Below are positions 50,912 through 63,143 of a stretch of 64,000 nt of DNA, in pieces; position 1 is the first letter of the stretch; each line of letters begins with the position of its first letter. The notes beneath the pieces were generated by a model. It was not told where the DNA came from. It searched no databases and saw nothing but the letters and a program-made list of their open reading frames with translations. Source of the DNA: Octopus vulgaris. Lineage: Eukaryota. The position numbers were made by a program, and so were the translations under genes. The stretch spans positions 191,146,001-191,210,000 of the forward strand of contig OX597815.1 in assembly GCA_951406725.2 (NCBI GenBank). The letters run 5' to 3'.

Positions 50912-51106
50912 TCTTTCGTTTATTGGCCACAAGGGCTAACAAAAATCAATTAAAACATAAAGGGACAAAACACAGGACGAAAGTTACAAAAAGGGTTTTG
51001 TCCGTTTGAAAAAAAGTCCATGTACAAAAAAGCAGGATAAGAACGAAATGTAAGTAACAATTAGAACTCCCAATAGGGGGCGGCGCTTCGAAAGGTTACT
51101 CGTGGA
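50911..51106 (-). mobile_element. 5'-truncated retroelement 3' end inserted in (AAT)n; terminus homologous to the SINE B tail
   Basis: Minus strand ends gtcctgtgttttgtccctttatg...ttagcccttgtggccaataaacgaaagaa; (AAT)n on both sides. Confidence 0.6.
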
Positions 51107-51379
51107 ATAATAATAATAATAATAACAATAATAGTAATAATGATAGTAGTAGTAATAATAATAATAAGAAGAAGAATAGTAATAACAATAATAATAATAG
51201 TAATAGTAATGATGATGATGATGATTAATAATAATAATAGTAATAATAATAATAGTAATGATGATGATGATTAATAATAATAATAATAATAATAGTAATG
51301 ATGATGATGATTAATAATAATAATAATAGTAATAGTAATGATGATGATGATTAATAATAATAATAATAATAGTAATAAC

Positions 51380-51410
<31 letters not shown>

Positions 51411-51426
51411 GTAATAATGATAATAA
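51107..51426. repeat. (AAT)/(AGT)/(GAT) trinucleotide array with higher-order periodicity
   Basis: Direct reading. Confidence 0.95.
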
Positions 51427-51588
51427 AACAACCTGCTTATGACCGCCGTTTAATCATTATTTACCGACAAACGACCACTATATATTTGCCAATATCAATC
51501 TAGTTTGACAGATATTGAAATGTGAGTCAGTATTGATGTTGTATTTTTGTTGTAGTTCTTTGTATTCGTTATTATTGTTATTATTGTT

Positions 51589-51816
51589 GCGAACAGTGGT
51601 CCCGGTGCGCGCACACGCGCATCCGCGCTAGCTAGTCGATCCTAAATAATGTTTTTTAAAACTAAGTAAATAAATTATTTTTATAAACAAACTAAGGTTA
51701 GGGTTTGGGTTAAAAAATTAGGTTTAGGGTTAGAGTTAGGGTTAAGGTTAAAAAGTCGTAGGATCGACTACTTACGACTATTTAGCGCGTGTGCGCGCAT
51801 AGGGACCACTGTTCGC
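51589..51816. mobile_element. MITE with GC-rich TIRs and an internal degenerate TTAGGG tract
   Basis: gcgaacagtggtccc..tgcgcgcacacgcgc / gcgcgtgtgcgcgca..gggaccactgttcgc; inner IR tagtcgatcct/aggatcgacta. Confidence 0.8.
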
Positions 51817-52173
51817 TAGTAGTACCATTATTATCAATGGAAAACATCACAGAAAATAATAGACAGACATACACACAAATTACTTTGTTTCCCACCCACT
51901 CCCACCTTTTTTTTTTTTTTCACTTTCCGTCTTTCTTGCTATCTTTTTTTCCTTTTCTTTTTAAATTTTTATTTATATATATATATATATTTTTTTTTTG
52001 TTTTTGTTTATTTCAATATCGCATGACAGAAAGAAAAAAAATCAAAAAAGGAAAAAAAAGAAGTAAAAAAAACTACTGCATCGATTCTTCAAAATAAGCT
52101 AAACGACACAAAACCAGAGAAATAAGCAGAGAATAAAAAGTTTTTTTTTCTATAAATCTTGGTTAGTACTCAC

Positions 52174-52251
52174 TTGAACAACTGGGAACAAACTATCTTT
52201 TCTCCCCCAGCTACAAATGCTGGGACGGCCTGCGTTACTCCTGCGTCGCAT
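52174..52251 (-). CDS. Candidate first coding exon of an unidentified gene: MRRRSNAGRPSICSWGRKDSLFPVVQ
   Basis: accagcATG (A at -3), 26 open codons, strong donor CAA|gtgagt, local CpG retention, non-repetitive. An alternative plus-strand reading (acceptor ttttctcccccag| at 52210) cannot be excluded. Confidence 0.5.
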
Positions 52252-53246
52252 GCTGGTTCTAGATTCGGACTGAACCAACTAGTCTCAGATTATTTCTCTT
52301 TTTTTTTGGCTTTCTGTGTGTGTTTTTTATCTATTTATTTATTTTTCACCTTTATATATATATATTTATATATATTACTTTGTTTTTACTGCTATATTTT
52401 TGTTTGTTTTTCTTTCTTCTTGTTCTTTCCTTTAATTTAAAGGTAGTGGTTTTTTGTTTGTTTTGGGAGTTTTTTTTTTTACCTCCTTTCACCCTTTTCA
52501 GGAACGAAAACACTTCTAAACCGACTTAGCACTCTATTTCTCTTTCACTTGGGCTTATCCACACGAGTATTTTTAGTTACCAAATCACAATATTCCAGTG
52601 AAATCTGCCTCTTGATTTTGTTTTTATCTTTTACACACACACACACAAACACACACACATACATACACACACACACATACACACACACGCACACACTGGA
52701 GTCTAACCATAAAGCTTAATGTAATTTTATATACACACACACACGCATACACACATATAATTATACATATAAAGTATATGTATGTATAACTTCCTCGTTT
52801 GGTTTATATATATGTTTCTTAGGCGAGGAAATTCTAGTTTTCTAAACAAGTAAAAAAGATACCTTTTTTTTAATGTTTTTTACCAGAGGTTTTGCATGGG
52901 TTTTTATTCTTTATTCCACTTTTAGGTGTATCAAATATAAAATACAAAACAAATCAAGCGGTCTGTTTTACCTTTAGTACTTGGTAGCAATAGTGTGAAT
53001 TAGTTTAAGATAATCAATAAAAGTAACATGTACATATATATACTCGACATTGACGCAGATATATTTGTATGGGAGTACATGTGGGCGTGTGTGTATAGTG
53101 TCTGTAGGGTGTAAGGAAAGAATATTTTGCGGTATTTGTTGTGGCTGCTTCACACTTTGGTTTCATAAACCCGCTGAGATCATCTTCATCATTCACCCTT
53201 CCCAGGCTGGTAGATAAACAGAATACCAGGTAACTTTTAGGGATCG

Positions 53247-53248
53247 GT

Positions 53249-53301
<53 letters not shown>

Positions 53302-53903
53302 GTTCTGTCCTCTCTCCTTTTTCCTTTTACCCTCTTTCTGTTTGTCTATCTGTATCTCTTTCCCCTTCCCCTCTCTCTTTCTGTCTCTCTCTCTCTCTCT
53401 CCTTATTCTCTCCTTATTTCCTTTTACCCTCTTTCTGTCTGTCTATCTGTCTCTCTCTCTCCTCTCCCTTTCTCTTACCCTCTCTCTTTCTGTCTCTCTC
53501 TCTCTCCTTATTTCCCCTTACCCTCTTTCTGTCTGTCTATCCGTGTCTCTCTCTCTCTCCTCTTTCTTTCTTTCCCTTTACCCTCTTTCTGTCTGTCTAT
53601 CTGTACCTCTTTCTCTCCTCTCCTCTCTCCTTTCCCTTTACCCTCTCTCATTCTTTCTCTCTTCTCTCTCTCTCTCCTTCTCTCCCTTCTTGTTCTCCCT
53701 TCTCTCTTTTCCCCCTTACCCTCTCTCTGTCTGTCTATCTATCTGTCTCTCTTTCTCTGTCCTCTCTCCTTACCCTCTCTGTTTCCATCTGTCTGTCTGT
53801 CTCTCTCTCTCTCCCTTCCTGTTCTCTCTTCTTTCCATTTCCCTTACCCTCTCTCTCTCTCTCTCTCTCTCTTTCCTCTCCATTTACCTCCCCTCCCTCT
53901 CTC
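53247..53903 (+). repeat. ~650-bp polypyrimidine (CT-rich) low-complexity array
   Basis: Direct reading; recurring ttaccctctYtctgtctgtctatct subunit. Confidence 0.95.
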
Positions 53904-54064
53904 ACAGCTATATAGCACTCTGGGGAGAGCTGTGGAGGACCACTCTTATCAATCCTCTGGTCAGAAATTATGGAGAAGAATTCAACAAGGAGCTACCAAT
54001 CGCTCCTCAAGATAAATTGATAAGTTACTGCAACCACCAAACAGAATGTTTCATATCTTGCGAG

Positions 54065-54372
54065 GGAATTTGATTGATGGAAACTGTGTGGAAGACCATC
54101 ATATGTGTGTGTGTGTGTGCTTATCAACATTATTATCATCATCATCATTATCATTCTTTTATATCCATGTTCCCTGCTGGCATAAGTTGGACGTGTGTAT
54201 GCGTGTGCTATGTCTTTCTGTTTCTCCACCACCACTTGACAACTGGTGTTGATTTCCTAACATTCCCGTGACTTAGCAGTTTGGCAAAAGAGATTGATAT
54301 AAAAGTACCAGGCTTAAAAATTTGAACTGGGGTTGACTTATTTGACTAAACCCTTCAAGGTGGTGCCTCAGC
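54065..54372 (+). mobile_element. SINE A 3' part, degraded
   Basis: gatggaaactg...cttgacaactggtgtt...acttagcagtttggcaaaagag...ttcaaggtggtgc. Confidence 0.7.
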
Positions 54373-54646
54373 TTAAGTATATGATAAAATATGTATGCAT
54401 GTAAATATATATATGTGGGTGTATATATGTGTGTGTATATATGTCTGTAGGTATATATATATATATATTATATATGTTTATGTATGTATAAATTGCAAAG
54501 ATAATCTGGAACTCGACTGAGGAAAGAAAACTCTGAATTATCCGTCCTTATTTTCTTTGTATCGTCTGTCTGGATGTTTTGCATTCTGGTCCCATTTTTG
54601 TATTTTTTATATATAAAAATATAGTGGCATATGTACACTTTTGTCT

Positions 54647-54678
<32 letters not shown>

Positions 54679-54682
<4 letters not shown>

Positions 54683-55800
54683 ACAAACTACGGAGACTCG
54701 GCATAACTGGTAAAATTGGAGAGTGGTTGCATGACTTCTTAAAAGACATAAGCCAGGCCATAGCAGCCAACAGAGCCATCTCCACGGAGACATTAATAGA
54801 AAGTGGAGTGCCTCAGGGAACTGTATTGGGGCCACCATTGTTCATTGTGGCACTTTCAGGCATGCCATCAGTTACACAGACAGCCACATTTGCTAGCTAT
54901 GCTGACGACACAAAAGTAGTACAAGCAGTCAAGGAACCTTCTGATACTCATCTTCTACAGAAAGACCTAGATGCTATATATAAAAGGGCTGAGGACAACA
55001 ACATGCAATTTAATGCAGGCAAATTCCAAGCCCTCCACTACCTGTTAATTGGTACTCAGAAGTTACAACAACAATACTTTGGCCCAAAATGAGCGGCAAT
55101 CTTAGAATCACATATGGTGCATGATCTTGGGATTAATATGAGCAATAATGCCTTATTTCACATGCATGTCACCAAGATATGGCAGTGTGCAGCCAAATGG
55201 CTGGATGGATTCTGAGAACCTTCAGAACAAGGGACCAAGAAACCATGCTGGTCGTAAGGAGGACATTTTTCCTCAACCATCTGGACTACTGCTCTCAGCT
55301 GTGGTCACCTCATACCATAGGATTAATAGCAGAACTTGAGGCAATTCAGCAATACTACACAAGGAAGATTGCATCAATGGGACAGCTGAGCTACTGGGAG
55401 ACTGAAAGAGCTACAACTCTACTCTCTGGAGCGAAGATGGGAGAGGTATGCAGTGATATGTGTGGAAGGTACTGAAGGGGCTGGCTCCAAACTTAGGAAT
55501 TGAGAGTTATACCAGACGTTGAAATGGACATCACTGCACTTTTCCAAAAGTCCCAGCTGCCTCATCTAAGGCAAGGACCATGTACTACAATAGCTTGGGA
55601 ATCAAGAGGCCACAGCTATTTAATCCTTGCCAAAACATCTGTGGGGTCTCTGTGGTGTGGGAGCAGATGTTTTCAAGAAACAGCTTGACCTCCTGCTATA
55701 TAAGATCCCAGATGAACCAATATCAAGACAGGAAACTCAAAAGAGGGCAGCAGTATCGAACTCCCTCCTTCACCAAAAGCCAAACCCATAGAATTTGCTA
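54679..55800 (+). pseudogene. 5'-truncated CR1-group (Jockey superclade) LINE: reverse transcriptase and C-terminal region, disrupted
   Basis: KLRRLGITGKIGEWLHDFL..SGVPQGTVLGP..LF..YADDTK..LQKDLD...NNMQFN..KF, then GWILRTF..LDYCSQLWSP..LEAIQ..YTRKI in other frames; stop at 55092 and frameshifts. Confidence 0.9.
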
Positions 55801-55814
55801 ATTAAAAGCTCTAC

Positions 55815-56070
55815 AGGGCTCCGGCAGGTGGGGGCAAACTCTGCTGTACTCTTTCACCATAACTTTCTCTCACTATTTCTTCCTGTTTCTGTTGTACCTG
55901 TATTTGAAGGACCAGCCTTGTCACTGTGTCACACTGAATCTCCCCAAGAACTATGTTAAGGGTACACATGTCTGTAGAGTGTTTAGCTACTTGCACGTTA
56001 ATTTCATGAGCAGGCTGTTCTGTTGATCAGATCAACTGGAAGCCTCATCATCATAACTGACAGAGTGCTA
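55815..56070 (+). mobile_element. Hybrid SINE (family D body + family C tail), 5' truncated
   Basis: ggctccggcagg...aactttctctcact...gtacctgtatttgaaggaccagccttgtcac...gatcaactgga. Confidence 0.75.
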
Positions 56071-56074
56071 CGAT

Positions 56075-56264
56075 ATATACTTATATATCTATATCTATAC
56101 AGTTATATAGGATATATATATATGTATATATTTATATACTTACATATCATATCTACATCTATACATATATATACTTAAATAATATACCTGTATAGATATA
56201 TTGGAGATATATATAGATATATGGGATATATATACATACATACATACATGTATACATACATGCG

Positions 56265-56305
<41 letters not shown>

Positions 56306-56717
56306 TCATCATCAATATATATATATATATATATATATATATCATCATCATCATATATATATACATATATACACATATATATATACATATATATATATAT
56401 GCATACATACATATATATTTTTTCTCTTTTACTTGTTTCAGTCATTTGACTGCGGCCATGCTGGAGCACTGCCTTTAGTCGAGCAAATCGACCCCGGGAC
56501 TTATTCTTTGTAAGCCCAGTACTTATTCTATCGGTCTCTTTTTGCCGAACCGCTAAGTGACGGGGACGTAAACACACCAGCATCGGTTGTCAAGCAATGC
56601 TAGGGGACAAACACAGACACACCAACACACAATATATATATATATATATACGACAGGCTTCTTTCAGATATACATATATATATATATACATATACATATA
56701 TATATATCACATACATA

Positions 56718-56776
<59 letters not shown>

Positions 56777-56815
56777 TCATTTATTCATTAGTATGTAAAT
56801 ATATATACATATGCA
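56075..56815. repeat. TA-rich array containing a young SINE A 3' half (56422-56668, minus)
   Basis: Direct reading; CpG-intact family A sequence. Confidence 0.9.
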
Positions 56816-57337
56816 AAAAAAAATCAGTTATATCTAGTAGATTTGACCTATCTGTAAATAGATAGTATCTCATCATTTTTTTTCACTTCCCTTCATAGCT
56901 TTCTCCATCTCATACATATAAAATAATTATCTTTTCATATATCAGGCTATTCCTTTAAGATTAGATCAACATAATTAACGGTAGATTTGCAAAGAAAATT
57001 TTAAGTTTTTTTCATTCTTCTTTTTCTCTATTTTTTTCTTTTTCTTTTTTTTTTTTTTCTTTTTTTTCCAATATTTCAAAACTTCTGTCTCAGATGCAAT
57101 GAAAATCAGTTGTCTGCTGGTTCGGTGATGGACTGCTTCTATATTATATATCTATTATGTATTTATTCTTCAATTTCTGACTTGTAAATTATGAATATTT
57201 GTTTGATAAGCAGGTGTTTCCTTTCTCTTTTAACCTCTAACAATTATATTTACTTCCAATATTCTTCTGGGAATGTTAATAGATGAGAAATTGCCTTCAC
57301 TCAGCAACCTAGAGATTCTAGCTTCAGCCAACATATA

Positions 57338-57885
57338 CATGTATGTATGTATGTGTGTATGTATGTATGTATGTTCGTATGTATGTATGTGTGTATGTAT
57401 GTATGTGTGTATGTATGTATGTGTGTATGTATGTATGTATGTGCGTATGTATGTATGTATGTGCGTATGTATGTATGTATGTATGTGCATATGTATGTAT
57501 GTGTGTATGTATGTATGTGTGTATGCATGTGCGTGTGTATGCATGTGCGTGTGTATGTATGTGCATGTGTATGTTTGTGCGTATGTACGTATGTATGTGC
57601 ATGTGTATGTATGTGCATATGTATGTGCGTATGTATGTATGTATGCGTGTATGTATGTATGTGCGTATGTATGTATGTGCGTGCATATGTGCGTATGTAT
57701 GTATGTATGTATGTGCGTGTGTATGTGTGTGTGTATGTGTGTGCGTGTGTATGTATGTGTGTATGTATGTATGTATGTACGTGTGTATGTACGTATGTAT
57801 GTGCGTATGTGCATATGTATGTGCGTATGTATGTATGCGTATGTATGTATGTGCGTATGTATGTATGTGCGTATGTATGTATGCA
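57338..57885. repeat. (GTAT)n/(GT)n microsatellite array
   Basis: Direct reading. Confidence 0.95.
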
Positions 57886-57889
57886 TGGA

Positions 57890-58470
57890 TGTCTTATTTG
57901 TTTCAGTCATTAGACTGCAGCCATGCTGGGGCACTGTCCTGAAGAATCTGTAGTCAAATAGATTGACCCCGTTACTTATTATTTTTTGCTAAGTTTGGTA
58001 GTTACTCTATCAGTATCTTTTACTGAACTGCTAAGTTACAGGGACGTAAACACACCAACACCAGTTGTCAAGCAGTGGTGGGGGACAAACAAACACAAAG
58101 ATATACACACAGAGAAAGGAGGAGAATCTCCACTGCTAAAGGATGTATCAGTGTATGTGTGTGTGGTAAAGGTGTATGGCTTAGTGGTTAGGGCATTCAG
58201 CTCGCAATCATGAGATAACAAGTTTGATATCTAGTGGCATATTGTATCCTTGAGCAAGGCACTTTATTTCACGTTGCCCCAGTCCACTCAGCTGGCAAAA
58301 ATGAATAATACCTGTAATTCAAAGGGCCAACCTTGTCACATTCTGTGTCATGCTGGATCTTCCTGAGAACTACATTAAGGGTACATGTGTGTCTGCAGAA
58401 TACTCAGCTACTTGCATGTCAATTTCCCAAGCAGGCTGGCTGTTCCATTGATCAGATCAACTGGAACCTC
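57890..58470. mobile_element. SINE A 3' half (-, 57890-58110) and SINE C (+, 58170-58470)
   Basis: Family motifs. Confidence 0.75.
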
Positions 58471-58701
58471 AACTGGAAAGCCAGTATGTGTAGGTGTGTG
58501 TGTTTGTGTGTATTTCTGTACCTAATTTGACACAAGGGAATTGTGTACAGATCAGCCATAGACTTTCTTAATAGTTGTAAAATAAAAAACCAAGCTTATG
58601 CTTTCTGCTATTTAATTACTTGTTTCTTAACTTATTTCTAGTAAATTTTTACTTGCATAGGGTACATGATCTTAGATTTCTAAGGATATGACACTGGAAC
58701 T

Positions 58702-58969
58702 TCATTTTTGTTTTTGGTTTGCCAGATTTTGTATGTGAATTCATGTGTTGAAGCATATTCTATTGTGTCTGGGGAGAGTCATTCACTTTTAGCACCTTAT
58801 TAATTAACTCAATCTCTGGTTTTATTTCCACTCATTTACTTATTTATTTTAATGTTCTATTTATATTCTCCATGTTCAAAATAAATAAGTAATTAAGTGG
58901 AAATCAAACCAGTGAGTGTGTTAAATAATAAGGCACTAAAAGAGAATGACAATCCCCAGTCACACTAAA
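58702..58969. mobile_element. TSD-bounded foldback element, same family as 11937-12216
   Basis: TSD acactggaact 58691-58701 / 58970-58980. Arms gtgtctggggagagtcatt...ttatttatttt / aaaataaataag...gaatgacaatccccag.cacac; extension atgtgttgaagcatattct shared with 12155-12175. Confidence 0.7.
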
Positions 58970-60131
58970 ACACTGGAACTGTTGCAACATTTATACCTTT
59001 CCAAGAAATAGATTTACTTCTCCAAGAACTTACATAAGCTCTGTGGCACCTAAGTGGTTAGTAACTCAATTTCGCGCGCGCGTGTGTGTGTGTGCATAAA
59101 TGTTGCCATTCTGCTTCTCTCATAAGATTAACTGAGTGAAAAATGGTGTAATCACATTTACACTCCCAGGAAACATTATGTCCTGTAGCTCTGCTTTCTT
59201 GAAGCCATGGAATAAAAATTTCTCGAAACAGGGAAGAACTGGTGACTGGAAAATACCCAGCCATAAAAATACTGCCTCTCAAATAAGTACCCATCCAGCT
59301 TACACTAGCTTAGAAAAATAGTTGCAAAACAGTTGAAGAAATATATATAAATTTATGTATATGCACGCATATACACCTGCACATACATACACTGAATATT
59401 CTAAAGTATGTCTACACAAATCAGTCTATCAAAAACTAAATGATATAAAGAAGTAACAGTAGAAATTCCATGGTATCTTGTCTGCCATAAAAATATCTCC
59501 CGATAGTAACATCCTATCCTTTGATTTATTTCTAGGAAATCTCGTCTGTTCTCCTTGATCTTGTTTCCTCTTCTAACCTATTTTCTCATTCTGGCTTGTG
59601 CAAAATATTCTTCCCTAACATCATCGGTCATATATTGCTTTCTTTTCTTTGCCTTCTCCCCAGTCTTTCACTGTATCTTCTTTGCTTCTCTTCATTCAAT
59701 TCTCACTGTCATGCTCTATGATCATTATCTGCTGTATCATACCAAACTCTTTTTCAGTTATAAAATAATTCAAGAAGAACTTGGTATTATGTAGCTGGTA
59801 ACACGTTTATCCAGGATAGACAATTACATGACTTTTATGAAGAAAGTCAGTAAGATAGTTATTAGTGTATAGACTGTTGGAAAACACCATATACAGGATA
59901 TCCCATAGCATACATTCTATAAAGAAACTTAGGAGTACAGCTATTACTGTATAGATAAAAGAACAGATTGAAAGAATTTCAATCTTCATGACAGTGACTT
60001 GTCTATGATGTTTGTGCTATATAATCAGGTAAAAAGTAAGAGAAAATCAACTGCTACTGGTACATGCACACATACACACTCACACACATATGCTTATGCC
60101 ATGTACACATATGCACAATTCTCTCTCTCTT

Positions 60132-60180
<49 letters not shown>

Positions 60181-61122
60181 CATAAACTTTTACCATCCCC
60201 TGCTCACAGCATGATCAATTTTTTACACTATAGGAATCTATCATTAGCACATAGATAGATCAATGGCTTTAAGTTTAAAAAATACATAGAAGACTATGGT
60301 TTAACGAATTTCTTTTCAAATAATCCTTGTATATAACTAAAAAGATATTGTTTATATTGCATATAATAATGGTTTCTATTTTAGGCACATGACCAGAGGT
60401 TTTGAAGGGAATGTGTTAGTTGATACCGTGAAATTGGTAATTTATTTTATCAACCCTGAGGGTTAAAAGGCAAAGTTGAACTTAGGACATAAAGAGCTGG
60501 AAGAAATACCACAAGGTATTTTGTCTGATACTCAAATAAAAGAAGGAAAGTAAATAGCAGAATAAATATTTGAAGTTGATAGGAATAGAAAAAGGGGAAA
60601 TTTTTTATGTGAAAATAATTTAACAAAAACAAATAATAAAATATCACACTAAAAGATTCTTTTTTTTTTATTTTTTTAAAGTGAGCAAATGACATTCTGA
60701 TTAATTAATTTGGTTAATGGAAAATAGCTAAATGGACAAATTATTTTCTTCATGTCTGCTCGGCAGAAAGTTTAAATTCTGCTTTCTTCAATTCATTTAC
60801 TAGTGAAAAATTGGTACCAAATTTTTTAACAGCGTTACAAGTGAAAGACCGGGGTTATATCTGTGTGAGAGATGCATCTTCTCTTAAACATTTTACAATA
60901 GTGAGAATTAGGAAATCTCTATGCTTGTTAGACTCATCTAAAATAGCAGTCAAATCTTCCTCAAATTCTGTCTTATTGGATAATAAAGTCCTAAGATATA
61001 TAATGTTTGGAAAAATATAACTGCTTCTAATGCATTTAATGATGGGTTTGTTCAAACCAGGCAACCAAAACAATACACAGTACAGAGATAAAACATCACT
61101 TTTGAAACCAATTTGAACAAGT

Positions 61123-61704
61123 AGGCACAGGAGTTGCTGTGTGGTAAATAACTTGCTTACCAACCACATGGTTCCAGGTTCAGTCCCACTGCATGGCACC
61201 TTGGGCAAGAGTCTTCTACTGTAGCCTTCTGAGTAAATTTGGTAGACAGAAACTGAAAGAAGCCCTTCGTATACATATATCATCATCGTTTAACGTCCGC
61301 TTTCCATGCTAGCATGGGTTGGACGGTTCAACTGGGGTCTGGCAAGCTCGAACCGTCCAACCCATGCTAGCATGGAAAGCGGACGTTAAACGATGATGAT
61401 GATGATGATGATGATATATGTATACGAAGGGCTTCTTTCAGTTTCTGTCTACCAAATTTACTCATATATATATATATATATATATATATACATGTGTGTG
61501 TGTTTTTGTGTCTGTGTTTGTACTCCCACCATCGCTTGACAACCGATGCTGGTGTGTTTACGCCCCCTAACTAAGCGGTTCAGCAAAAGACCCTGACAGA
61601 ATAAGTAGTAGGTTTGCAAAGAATAAGTCCTGGGGTCAGTTTGTTTGATGAAAGGCAGTGCTCCAGCATGGCCATAGTCAAATGGCTGAAACAAATAAAA
61701 GAGT
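61123..61704 (+). mobile_element. SINE A containing an RTE 3'-end insertion and an inverted duplication
   Basis: Family A head and tail flank the 61230-61464 hairpin. Confidence 0.85.
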
Positions 61705-62359
61705 AATTCTTTTTAAAATTAAATTAAGCTTAAAATCAAATTAAATCTACATAAAATGTTTAGCGCTTAGACATTTATATATATTAAAGAATTCTCAGAT
61801 TTTGGGCAGATTCTTCAAAGTATATTTAGCAGTGAACTATGTGAATTTGCCAAGAATATGTAGTTGTCAGAGTAAGCATAGAAAATGATTGCTTTTCCAA
61901 GATGTGAATGTTTTGTAATAGCCAAGATGTTTAAATCCTTCATAAGACACCGTGGCTTCGTATGATAATCATATCAATGACTGCAATGAAAAGAAAAAAA
62001 ATAACATCAAAATAAATAACAAAAACAGTATATTTAATCAGGGATTGCTGAATATTTCTGTGAAATTTATGCAAATAATACTACAAAAATACTTTGGGGT
62101 TATACTTTATTTATTTGTAGACATCTCAGTTTACATTCTGCAAGCAATAATGATGATGAAATATTTGTTTATTTCCTTGTTTTTTCTTTTAAAAATATAC
62201 AGTATCTGGCAAATTGTTATTCTTCTTGGTAACGCAGTCTTTGTGAAGCTTCTTTCATCCTCAAGGTGTTTTAACATTTCTATCAATGTTTTTTTTTTTT
62301 CATGGTTGCAACCAGCTAGAGTTCTTTCTTCCATGGTGATTCTCTTGTTTTTCTTTATA

Positions 62360-62434
62360 AGTATGTATGTGTATGTATGTATGTGTATGCAGATGTATGT
62401 ATATATATATATATCATCATCATCATCATCATCG

Positions 62435-62530
<96 letters not shown>

Positions 62531-62533
62531 GTG

Positions 62534-62581
<48 letters not shown>

Positions 62582-62662
62582 ATTGTATGTATGTATATGT
62601 GTGTGTGTGTGTGTATATATAATTGTATGTATGTATGTATATATGTGTGTGTGTGTATATTA
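62360..62662. repeat. (TA)n/(TG)n array
   Basis: Direct reading. Confidence 0.95.
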
Positions 62663-62804
62663 CACATAAATGTTGTCTTGATGTGGTTATTAGATTGCAG
62701 CCATGAATTTTAGTGGCAGGAATCAACCCCAATAATTTTATTTGTTTGAGCCTGCTGCTTATTGTATTGGTTTCTTTGGCCAAACCACTAAGTTAAAAAA
62801 AATA

Positions 62805-63143
62805 AATGCACCCTTTTAAAGCCTAGCCAGGCTCATGGGCCCGGTTTCCCGGTTTCCATGGCGTATGTGTTCCCGAGCTGGATGGGATGCCAGTCCATTG
62901 CAGCGTTACTCATTTTTGCCAGCTGAGTGGACTGAAGCAACATGAAATGAAGTGTTTTGCTCAAAAAACACAATGTGTCGCCCGGCTCCAAATCTATTCA
63001 CAAGGCTTTGATTGGCCCAAGGCTATAGTAGAAGACACTTACCCAAAGTTCATGTGGTGGGACTGAACCCAGAATCATGTGGTTGAGAAGCAAACTTCTT
63101 ACCACACAACCACAACTGTAACTTCTTTCCACACAGCCATGCC
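62805..63143 (-). mobile_element. Hybrid SINE (family C body + family D tail, 62805-62987) and SINE A 5' part (62995-63143)
   Basis: ccggtttcccggtttcc...gatgggatgccagtcc joined to actcatttttgccagctgagtggact. Confidence 0.75.

Noticed and set aside
51694-51750. True telomere or chromosome-fusion scar
   Set aside because: Short, degenerate and enclosed by MITE TIRs.
53342-54073. 243-aa Leu/Ser-rich ORF as a membrane protein
   Set aside because: About 190 codons are the CT array read as LSLS.
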